Positions 1 to 10,966 of a stretch of 64,000 nt of DNA are shown here, one piece after another; position 1 is the first letter of the stretch, and every line of letters starts with the position of its first letter. A model generated the notes under the pieces. That model ran no database searches. It was given only the letters and a program-made list of their open reading frames with translations, and was not told where the DNA came from. The position numbers were made by a program, and so were the translations under genes. Origin of the DNA: Ptychomitrium polyphyllum (Eukaryota); the NCBI GenBank assembly GCA_973851085.1, contig OZ316776.1, forward strand, positions 3,906,001-3,970,000, read 5' to 3'.

Positions 1-667
1 ATAGGAATTTCTTTATTCATTTTAGAATTATTGAAAAGTAATCATATAAATATATACTTTTCAAATTTGGATACATAGTTTTTTTATAAGTTAAGGAGTA
101 TAGAAGAAAATTTTAATATTGTAAGATTACATAAATAAAAGAATAAATAAAATCATAGTAATTATTTCTTTATGATAATTGTTCTTGGAACACTTTATGT
201 AAAATCAACAAACAATATTAAACATAGTTAATTAAAAACTAGTATTAAAGGACACCAATGTACTCATAAATAGGTTCCAAAAAAAATTTTGAATTTAGAT
301 TTAAAAATAATCTTTTGTCTCTTCTAGGTCCTATACAACATTGAGACCTTCATTATTCTATAATGGAACTTATAAAAATTTCTTACATTATAAAAACCGC
401 CCACTTTTGAATTATTATATGTTCTTGACAAAAAATTATTGACATAAAAAGGGAACAAATGTGATTTACTCACCAAATTTCAACCGAATTTCAACCAAAT
501 TTTTTTGCAAACCTCCAATTTGGTGGCATGAGCTATCACACAAAGGACAAGAAAAAACAAAGTTTGGCATAATAGGCACCCCTTCTAGCCGTCTTGGTAA
601 AAAAAGCAAAGAACTAAAAAAGAAATCAGAAGCTCAACCAGTTCATTGCAGTGCAAAAATTCCCTTC

Positions 668-790
668 AGAAAGAGAACTTCATCCAGACCACCATCCATC
701 CATTAGGACAAGGAAAGGGGACTTCGTCCACGCGCCATCCATCCATATTGGACGAACAGAGAACTTCATCAAGAACATCACCGATCTTGG
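668..790. repeat. Three diverged ~44-bp tandem copies (AGAGAACTTCATCCA...CCATCCATCCAT..GGAC) in the promoter/5' region of gene 1
   Basis: aagagaacttcatccagaccaccatccatccattaggac / aggggacttcgtccacgcgccatccatccatattggac / agagaacttcatcaagaacatc, read directly. Confidence 0.7.
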
Positions 791-1044
791 GAGCGAGAAA
801 CGGGCGTCGCCCGGCGGCCATCGTCTGCCGTTAGGGAGCGTGAAGCGGCGGTGCCCTCTCCGAACACGGCGTTATCTTCCTTCCCGCACTGCGTGCTTTG
901 CATTCCTCTCCGAACCTCGCAGCGCCGCACCATCATCCTCCTTGCACCACCCACGCCTCTGACTTGCGTACTCTTTGCCGTTGGCTGTCTCAAATTGCCA
1001 CAAACTCTTTCTGTTCGTGCGTCTATTCTTGCTTGGGATTCCTC

Positions 1045-1155
1045 TAGGGTTTGGTGCTAGGGTTTGTTGGTAGGGTTTAGATCCCGGGATTTGGATATCG
1101 GAGTTGTTTTAGGGAGTGAGTTTTTGAAGCGAGTGAAATTGTCAGCTAGGGTTTT
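1045..1155 (-). promoter_or_regulatory. Cluster of telo-box-like elements (TAGGGTTT, i.e. AAACCCTA on the minus strand) in the 5' leader of gene 1
   Basis: Four TAGGGTTT copies within ~110 bp upstream of the ATG at 1188. Confidence 0.55.
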
Positions 1156-1187
1156 GAGTTCATTTTCGGAGTTTGGGATATCTGGCG

Positions 1188-2033
1188 ATGGCGATGGCGA
1201 TGGGTATGGGCGTTGGAGGGCAGCAGGGTCACCACCCTTCGATGTCCTGGTGGGACGCTCCTCTGAAGCATCGGAAGTGGTGGGGCAAGGGTGCGAGTCA
1301 AGGCTTTGACAGGTACAATAAGAGCATCAAAGTGATAGAGCAGGGTCAGGGTCAGGGTTATGATCCGCCGAGGTTGAAGGATTTGAGAAAGCAGAATCGT
1401 GTGAGGACTAGGAAGTTTTATGGTAAGAAGAGAGGGGTTCCGAGGAGTGTGCCTAGAGCGCCTTATAACGACAGCAGTTTTCTGATGAATGTAAGGAGGT
1501 CGGGAGGTTTAGAGAAGTTGGTATCACCGTCGCCTTCTGATGCTTTTTCTTCGCCTGCATGTTCGAGTTACAAGTCGGGTGCATATGAGCCGGTTGTGGA
1601 TCAAAATGATTACGGTTATGGCTCTATGACAGGCCTTATCCATCTTCGGCCTACTGAGGAAGGTGATCGATCAAGCGGTAGCACTGTCGAGAACAATTCT
1701 TTTGATGACATGTGTGTGGAGCAGCCTGCAGTTTCTTCTGCTGATTCCGCACTGCGGCTTGAGCAGCGGCTTGACCGGGATGTTAGTCGGTTCGAGATGA
1801 CCCCCTTGCCTGAGAGGACATCGGAGTATCTGATGGAGCACCGGGTGACGAGGCAGGATATGCACATCGCTCAACTGGAAGACGAGAATCTTGTTTTGAA
1901 AGAACGTCTTTTCTTGGTGCAACAAGAGGTTGGGGAGCTTGTGCAAAGACTACAAGGAGGTGAAAGATGCCGCGTGGATGAGAGCGATGAGAATGATGAT
2001 AACTATGATACCCAGTCTTGTTTTGGTAGATGA
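1188..2033 (+). CDS. Single-exon 281-aa protein of the plant 'PRLI-interacting factor A'-type family with HEXIM-like architecture (basic patch, APYNDSSFLM motif, acidic/Ser linker, C-terminal coiled coil)
   Basis: Long GC-rich ORF; first in-frame ATG at 1188 (MAMAMGMG...). Motifs RKFYGKKR...PRAPYNDSSFLM, YGYGSMTGLIHLR and RLEQRLDRDVSRFEM...HIAQLEDENLVLKERLFL match the recalled plant family consensus. Confidence 0.8.
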   Translation: MAMAMGMGVGGQQGHHPSMSWWDAPLKHRKWWGKGASQGFDRYNKSIKVIEQGQGQGYDPPRLKDLRKQNRVRTRKFYGKKRGVPRSVPRAPYNDSSFLMNVRRSGGLEKLVSPSPSDAFSSPACSSYKSGAYEPVVDQNDYGYGSMTGLIHLRPTEEGDRSSGSTVENNSFDDMCVEQPAVSSADSALRLEQRLDRDVSRFEMTPLPERTSEYLMEHRVTRQDMHIAQLEDENLVLKERLFLVQQEVGELVQRLQGGERCRVDESDENDDNYDTQSCFGR

Positions 2034-5000
2034 GGTGATTATAGGTGTGATGTATGCATGATTGTGTCCATTTCATCTGTGGTTTTCTTGTGCTGCCTTG
2101 CGAAAGGGGCTGTCGCGGAGGAGCTCGCGGATGTACATAAGGATTCATTACCGAAGGACAAGGGTCTCTTGCTGATGTCAAACATCATGTAAGTCTGAAC
2201 TTTGTGTTTTGTTAGTTTCACAGGTGAAATTCTGCTACATTTAAGATGAAATATTTGTGCATGTAGAGGGCATTTTCCGTCTCATGGAGTTATTAATTTC
2301 TTGAGGAAGAAGTGGCTGAAAGAGAGATTTTTCCACAGGTGGTCTCTACTAGCATGCACGCCCTCAAGGCTGTTACTGGTGTGACCGGGCTGGTAAGTTT
2401 CATACTGTGGTATGCAAACTTGAGATGTTTTGTCACATGCAGAGCTCTTGCAGATTGCTTGTGTGATGTGGACAATGAAACTTACCTCTATGAGATTTAG
2501 GCATAGGTGGACGAAGTGTAGATAGTTCCGTTAACATTCGGAGGATAAGAGCCGTTGGGCATTACAATACTCACCCATTCGTAGCAAGCAACGGATTTTA
2601 CAGTAATGAAATTTGAAAGATTTACTCTATTTTCTTATTTTTATCTTTTCTGCATATGAAACCACCATTCTATTTTTCTCTGTGTAACCTTGTGTGTTGC
2701 TTATCTTGTGATCTCTACAATTTGTGGCTTTGAATTGAGGAGTGTCTTGGATAGTTGACGTTTGTCCTTGTCATAAGTGACAGGTTTTTGTCATAACCTG
2801 TGTCATCTGTCGTCTCCAATTTCATACTTTATTTTGTCAGTATATATGCTTGCTTTTGCACGAACTGTCTGTTTTGCAGTGCAATTATATCCTACCTGAG
2901 CCCATCCTGCATCTTGAGTTTTGACTGGTAAGGGGAATTTCGTGACCAAATTTTTCTTGCAAGTTTGTATAGTTGCAACGCGGACTACGATTTAATCATA
3001 TTGCCTATTGATCGTCTTATATGCAAATTTATGCCTTGTATAGTGTGTTGAATGGTCGACATTTGTAGTTCGATATGCTGATAGTTGTGCTTTTGTTTCA
3101 TGTGAAACATGCTTACAAGGTTATAATGACTCGGTTCGTTATTTGGACGTTTTTCGATCCTCAGGTGATTGCAGGTGGTGATACCCGGTATTCAGCTAAG
3201 ATATGTCAAGGAGTTTCCTCCTACCTTGTCAAAGATTTTGTTCTGCGTTGCTTTAAGATAGGTGTGTGAAAGAAGCGAGTTTTTTTGTCTATTGTATGAT
3301 GTTCGTTCTGGCCTGCTGATTTTCATGTGTTGATGATGGGCAGTTTGCATAGGCTGAAAACATATTTGTATGCTCGTTCTATGAATTGAGTAGAATCTAT
3401 ATGTATTACTGAACCTCAACGATATGACGCTCTGTTACAGAGGCTGCGGTTTTCTGAAGAGTCAATCTCTTCCTCAGAAGCTGCTCTAAAGAGGTAATCG
3501 GTCAAGTGTTCTGGTAAAAGGATTAGTGTGAAATGAGTTGACAGGTAGTGCTGCTGACTACTATGCAAGACTACCATGTTTGGTATTATTTTCTGTGGAG
3601 TAATATCACATACAAAAGTTAACTCTATGCTACACAATAATCCTAATGAAAAAATGAACAAACTAAAGCAAATGAGAAACAATCCATTACAAACTCGTGC
3701 CAAAGACATGGCATTCTTGAGTGAACCCACTAAACACCCTCTCATAAATTTAAAAAAATTCAGTAACCCCTCCAAACACTGCAAAAAAGAGTTCCATTGT
3801 TCAAAGATACTGGAAAACCTTGTTTAAGTCAGATACTGAGGAAGATTCATGGCCGGAAGTTAATGAAACTACTATTAAATACCAATTTCTTATTCCTAAT
3901 GGCTTGGGCTGGCTTGGGCTATGTAAGTAACATATTGAAATTGGGTATAAATGGTATTACCACTTCTGGTATTACCACTTAATGAAGTGTTAATGCAGTA
4001 CTAAATGTTAGAATGCAGTACTATTTTAGGAAGAAAAATTTGAATATGAATTTGGCATGGTGGTTATTGAATATAATTTGGGATGTTATACATTCATAAA
4101 GTGGTGATTATTAGTTATTGCTTGGATGATTAATGGATTGATCTATTCATGGTTTTTAACTTTTATAAGGCTTCTAGATGTTAGGAATTAAAAGAAAAGA
4201 AGTTTATTTATTTTTGTTATATCAATACTTTATTTACCATATAAAATTTGATACCAAAGTCCAAACTTCAAAGGTATATATGATTTTTTATTATCAATAT
4301 TTTGTATGAGTGATGTTTGTATAAAAAATTAATATAAACTTTTTAAATCCATGTTAAATGTCTTATATGTAAAAACATAGTTATTTATGCCCTTGTTGTT
4401 ATTTATTATTATTTTTCCATCTTTTAAGGAGATGATTTATTTCAATAAATGAAAAATATTATTAAAATCTTCATTACCAAAGAAATGCACCTCTAATGTT
4501 CTTTTCTAATAAAATTTTGGAAATACATGTGTGCAAATATAAATACCATGAAATAAAGTCCTAATGACAATCTTAATGTAGTAAAAATAGCTATCATCAA
4601 CATCTATTGTAATTTAGATTTGATAAAAATAATAATAGAAAGAAATTAGCTTCCTTGAATCCAAACTCTTCAATTCCTTTGAATAAAAAATCTTACATAC
4701 AACAATGATGAATGATTTGCTTTAATATAAATTTTCAAAGTCAATAATAGGTGGCAAACATAAAACATTACATTCACATCATTTTATTTTTTGTGCTTTT
4801 TGTATTTTTTTATTCAAAAAAAATGCTATTATACTTTCAATGCAAGGTTGATCCATCATTTGTTAATGTATGCATAATGTAAAATTATTTATAGAAATAA
4901 ATTCACAATTGTCCAATTAATAGAATAAATGAGAAAATTAATGTATTAAAATTTAAATAATACTCAACTTTTAATGAATTATATGGTGGTTTAAAAACTT

Positions 5001-6563
5001 AAGGTGGAATTTAACAATTTTTTATTAATAAGTTAGCATGAAAAGTTAAAAGAAAAATGTTAAAATATATTTTAGAAACCATTATTTGTAATTCTTATTA
5101 TCTTGTATTATTGTTTTCAATAGATAATAAAAAGAAATTCACATGTATTGCTCTACATAGTTTTTATTTATTTAACAAGTCATTTTGGCATTTTTACTAC
5201 ATTCTTTTATAACCATTAAAATTTGGTATAAAAATAACTAGCAATGGTCTTATTTAAAATTATTAAACTAATTTTTTTGAAATGTACAACTTTCTTTTAA
5301 AAAGAAGCTGAATTTACTCATTGTTATGTGTAAAGAACTAAATGATGAACACCTCTTATCAACCTTTAAGATGTAAAGATAAATAAATTATAATGATTAT
5401 TTAATTTAAGTCTCCGTAAAAAACAAATCTTACAAAAAATTTGCATATAAATTAGCAATGGTTTGAACTTCTTTCTATATAAATATTTTCTTCAAAATGC
5501 CACATTTTCCTACTATATCTAAAATTTAATGTACATAATAATAATATAATTGTTTTTTGTAATGATCAAAACTTCTAACTTTTGGTATATCAAAAAATCT
5601 TAATCTTTAAGAACTCAAACTCAATTACTTTAAGAAAAAAAGGCATAAATTTTCTTTTTTCACTTCTCAATATTCAATTTATGAGATCGAATTTTTTTCA
5701 AACCTCCCCTTATTTTAATAGCTTGGTTTAGAATCCTATGCCTGAAAGCTAGTAAACAAATAAATAAATAAATATATACAATGAATGATTGTTTGTGTTG
5801 ACATAATATAATGCATGAAGCACGTGATAGCAATGAGGATGTACTCCTTTATTTTGTAGTTTGACTTCAAAAAAGATCCTTGAAATGCCCACTTTATTAT
5901 AGGGCTAAAAATGTTAAGTACAACATACTTAACCAAGAATTTGTCAACAGATCCGCTGAAAGGAGGGACTCAATTATCGTTCCAATACCCGCAACGAAAC
6001 AAACTGATACCCGGGATTACACGCAATCATACCCTGAACTTCACGAACGCAAACCGGACCTTCACAAAGTGACACACAGACCCACGCAATACCCGTAGCT
6101 ACTCCCGTCTTTACCCGGAAATACATAGACGAATAACCGGACCCACATACACTCACACTCCAGAACTACATGAGCCTATACTCCACTACGTTATACCTGG
6201 ACCTCCACAAACTCAGGATTATCCCTGGATATGCAGGGGTTATACCCTTTAATACACGGATTTATATCCCGTAAGACCATGGAAGATACCCAGAGAGCAG
6301 GGGCCGTTAGGAATTTGGCGCTAGGGGTCACTCGGTCGGCGAGGGGGAGCGTGAACAGTGAGGAGGATCGCCGCAGGAGCGAGTGAGATGGCATTATTGT
6401 CACAACAATTGCTGCAAGTGCTGCAAGATCCCTTCTGCTTTCTGCCGATGCCCTGGTTGACGCGCTCCACAGACTGAGATGAGCGCCATCAAGCTCTGTA
6501 GTCCCTCATCTGTCCTGTCTCCGTGGTTCCATCTTCCGTGGTGAGAGCGAGGAACAATCTATC

Positions 6564-9235
6564 ATGGAGATCCAGGTGCCCAGGAGGTCGCCCATCAAGT
6601 CATGGACTCCTAAGTGGAAAGACAGGGTACGTCGTGGGTCTTCATCTGGGCTTGAGAGGAGCGGTGGTGAGGGTTAGGGTAATCGGTGGAATGGGTTGGG
6701 TTAGAACGATGAGTGTTTCTGTTTTTTCCTTTTTAGCGAGGTTGGGTTGGTTTTAATGATGTTGATGAGGATTTCAGCTCTGTGTGTTTTGAGTGAATCT
6801 GATGATGTGGAATGTTGAGTGTTTGGGTGCATTTTGTGGGGGTTTGCCTAGTGATGTTCTCGTGTCGTATTGGTGATTTGCTGGAGGTTATTGTGTTTAG
6901 GGTTAGTGGCAACTAGTTGGTTTTCCTATGCCCAGCTCGAAGACATTTGTGCTTGAAAAATTCTACCGATTGGACGGTAGTTTAGTTTGTGTTTTGCCAT
7001 TGGTTTGTTCTGTTGATAACATGGCTTCTGAGTCGAGTTCTCTTGTGTTGGCGTAGCGCTCTCTTTTGTGGTCAGTAGGAAAGATAATGGGAAGATGTTA
7101 ACCATCTTGAACACGAAATCCTTCCCGTTGTCCTTCTTGTAGAGAGACCCGGCAAGGTCTTTTCAGACCCTAGATTATGTTCAGAGGATTAAAGTTCGTA
7201 TCATCTCCAAGTCTCTTGTTGAAGACGTCGTGGGAATGCATTTTCTCTGTAAAGGAGTAGCATAGGATCTGTTCTTGAATTGTTATGTAGTGAAGGCGTC
7301 TATCGTCTGAATTATTAAACTACGGACTGTATGTAGAGTGGCTCAGAGCTGACAGATACAATGTGGTGCTTGCTTTTTGACATGGCAGCTAAAGGAGATG
7401 TGCCTCAAAAGAGTACGGGATGACCGTGCTCAGTTGCTGTGGAAGATCCGGAATAGCTCTCTCCCTGTATCCGGAGCTAATACGCATAATAACAAGGTAT
7501 TTACTTCGCAGTCAAGGTCTCGTTTGCCTACACTTCTTCCGCTGCGCTTGCTGACTGTGTGAGTTCATTAGCCGGATTCAAGTCCTGTCACTATTACTTG
7601 GTTGTTATAGATAATGAAAGTATTGGTTGTTAAAAACTCAAAGCATTTGCACTCTGCAAACTATAGAGATTTCCGTCAAATCTCTATTACTTTCTAATTA
7701 TTCAGGCGACACCATTTTATGCGAGTTATGTTGGAAGTTAAAAAAACGATACAGAGACAGTGTCCCAATTGATTTTGACAGTATCCTTTTTTGTTGTAAC
7801 TGAACTAGAACAAGGAATATATGTTATATCGTAAAACTTTTGTGCATTGTTGACGTCTGAATCAGCCCGCCTAAGCATAATCTACTGATGTACGTGCTAT
7901 GGCCAACTCTTATCTGTGAATTACAGCTTCTGTTGTTTTGGTATAATTCTGCAGTTTGTGCAGTCCACATTCAGAAACATTGTAACCGATGAGCTCAAGA
8001 GAGTGCTTGGATCTTCAACCATTGCAATCAAGAGCAGTGACAAGGATACAGCTTCAGAAGAGCAGGATGCAGACATGTTGTGGAATTATGAGACCATGAC
8101 AGCTCGCACTCCAACTGAACTTGCTAAGGAGGACTATGTCGAGCTTATGGTAGCTATGGAGCGTGCTTTGTACGATGATTTGCTGGCTGAAATGCGGGCC
8201 CAAGGTACCACTATATTTTCTCTTGCTTCACAACACCCTTCAATACTAATATGTGTTGGAATGTGGGAGTTTTGAAGAAGTTGCTGGATACGAATAAAAC
8301 TGGAACCCAGCTAGGCATGCATGGACATCACAGTTTGTTAGGTCAAAGCGAATTCTGCTTCAAAGCATTATGGGGTTGCTTAACAAAGGTTTGTATACGT
8401 CTACAGAGGAAGAGCTCTTGGAGGAATTTGAGGCATCTGTTTCACTGGACGATGATGCAATTGCTGATCTAGTACAAAATTTTCAAGAACTCTCCTCGGT
8501 ACTATCATATTTGTCACCTGTTTGATCTTCTATTTTGATCCGGTTGACGGATACGCATTCAGTATGACAGTCTTGAGTTACAGAGTGGTGTCAGTTGATG
8601 CTGTGATATGACATTTATGTCATGTTTTGTTAGATATCGAAGTTGGTTACTTTCGGTTGCAAGCTGTTTCAGAATTACCAGAAATTGGGCTATTTTGTGT
8701 GTCTTAATCATCAGTCTAGGTATTGCTGTTTTGACTTTCAATCCTTTTCATATATCAAGAACTGATATTTTTCTACAGGATGGCGTGTTATGTCCGCTTT
8801 GTAAGAGATCTCAATTGAAGCAATATAAAACTGTCATAGTCTGTACCTGTGGTGATTTTCGATTTGATACGAAAGATGACCAGGTAACCAGATCAGGTTC
8901 AATTTGGTGCTTTGATGAGCTATATTAGTCGGTATTTCATTCATACAATGCAGCGTCTTTGTATTATGTTGTTCGTTAAGGTTAAGCCATTTTCAGCAAT
9001 GAACTTCGAACTGGTTGTATTCAGATTCCAAGAACTTGAAAATTGATTATGTGAATTCGAAACTTTTGTGCAGATTGGTCTTAAATTTCTACAAACGCGC
9101 TTGGCAGATGTGCATGAACAGCACGCAGACTCAGGCTGTTTGGCGCAACCGACCTTCTCCATAGAGTCCCAGTTTGGTATTCCAGCCATGCTCATGAGAT
9201 GTTCGAAGTGTAAGAGTTTTCAGTGTGTTTTGTGA
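6564..9235 (+). CDS. RPAIN: RPA-interacting protein (RPAIN/RIP family), 6 exons, 259 aa
   Basis: Exons 6564-6626, 7389-7496, 7955-8204, 8407-8498, 8779-8883, 9074-9235; all GT-AG, total 780 nt in frame. N-terminal WKDRLKEMCLKRVRDDRAQLLWKIR, acidic middle, C-terminal Zn-binding CPLC...CTC...H...C...CSKC. Confidence 0.85.
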
Positions 9236-10751
9236 TATTTGACAGTTGAAGGTTTACATGTCAGGTAGGCTCCGTTGGATGCGTAAGGTTTTCGCTTAGA
9301 AGTATTTTCTGGATTTTTAATCTGTGACTATGGCAAGGCTGTGTAAATATGCCGGTGCAGCCTCTCAGACACCACTGTGAGACAGGACTGTTTTGTAACA
9401 AAATTAGTGGAGTTATCAAATAGCAGTATATTATGATAAGTTGGAGATATAGCAGTTGTTAGTGGCAATCTACGATGATTACCAAAGATCGAAAGTAGGA
9501 CTTGGTTCAGGTTTTCGTCTGCTCATCACTGATATGTTTAGAGAATCACGGTTACTGATTTCGTTCTATAAAACCTGAACACAGGAATCCCTTTTTCACT
9601 TGTCGACCAGGGACAGTCGACCAGTAGGAAAATTTCCCCGGAACATAGGAAATTGGAATGTATTGTTATTGGACTCATTCTCAACAGTAAGTATAATGTG
9701 TTAGATTTTGCAGGATCTAGAATGGTATTTTCTCTTTCATTTCCATGGTTCACACTCAAGTCAAATGCGACATTATTCTGGTTTTCTCTAACGGCAGTAG
9801 TACGAGCAGCTCAAAGCGTTGAGGTTTTCCATGATGTGCGAAAGTCTTTGAGGATGTTGGAACCCGTCTTTACAGGGCCTTACTGAACTTGGCATTTCTA
9901 GTGTTATATATTTTTAGGCTTGCTCTCTTATTATCAACGGTGTTGTCACTGAGATGAACTGTATCCACGAATTTTGCTGAAGTGTATTGACTTTGCATAA
10001 GTGTGTCACAAGTGTAAATTGTTCACATCAATGTAACCTGTTCATTGAATGCTATTGCCCACTTTCAAATCAACGCACGAAAGGAGGAGCAAGTGTTAAA
10101 TAAACAAGTCTGGTTTTCCTCAAAAGGTGAGACTATGACCATTTGAAAAAATAAGTTTTGTGGCTTCTTATCACCACATAGCTGTGTCAAACATACGCTG
10201 ATAGGCAGACGGCATATCCCTGAAGGAAAACCGGGATTGATGGCTTATATTTTTATGTAATAATTGGCAGGTATCACCAGTACAAGGTCCACAGAAACTC
10301 ATGGGCATTGACAGTTTGTCACTGAACTCAAAACCGACATGATCGAGGCAGTTTGCGGAAATCTCGATGAGTCATGTACGCAGCAGGTAGATAGGTCGTT
10401 GGTTTTCGGTGCAGTGCCGGTTTGCAAGTTGGTTAGCGTCTCGTGGCCATGACGATGGGTGAGGCTGGAGTCCAAATGCTGGACCATCATCATGAGGGAA
10501 AAGGAAAAGAAAGCAAAGAAAAGGGAGGAAATGATGTGGTGGCCTGGAAGGCAGGACAGGGATTGCTAGTGAGAGAGGGAGAGGATCTAGAATGGTCGTC
10601 GTCTATTCGCACCCACAAGATCGCTGCCCGCGCTCACACTTGGCTGCATTTCCTTTCTACTCTGCTCTCTTCTCCTCTACCGCGCCTTTCCTTCGCTTCT
10701 GGGTCACCACGCTGCGGTACATTTGGGAGAACCACGTCTCAAGAGGAGTAC

Positions 10752-10926
<175 letters not shown>

Positions 10927-10966
10927 CATGGTTGGAACGCTGGCATCTTAGCTTATAAATTAAGGG

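Noticed and set aside
3296..3357. C/D-box snoRNA-like arrangement (ATGATGT...CTGA...TGATGA...CTGA)
   Set aside because: Imperfect C box, no terminal stem, and no rRNA/snRNA complementarity that I could recognise; snoscan would settle it.
3570..3782. Possible Tourist MITE (TGTTTGG...CCAAACA)
   Set aside because: Only 7 bp of inverted match and no TSD.
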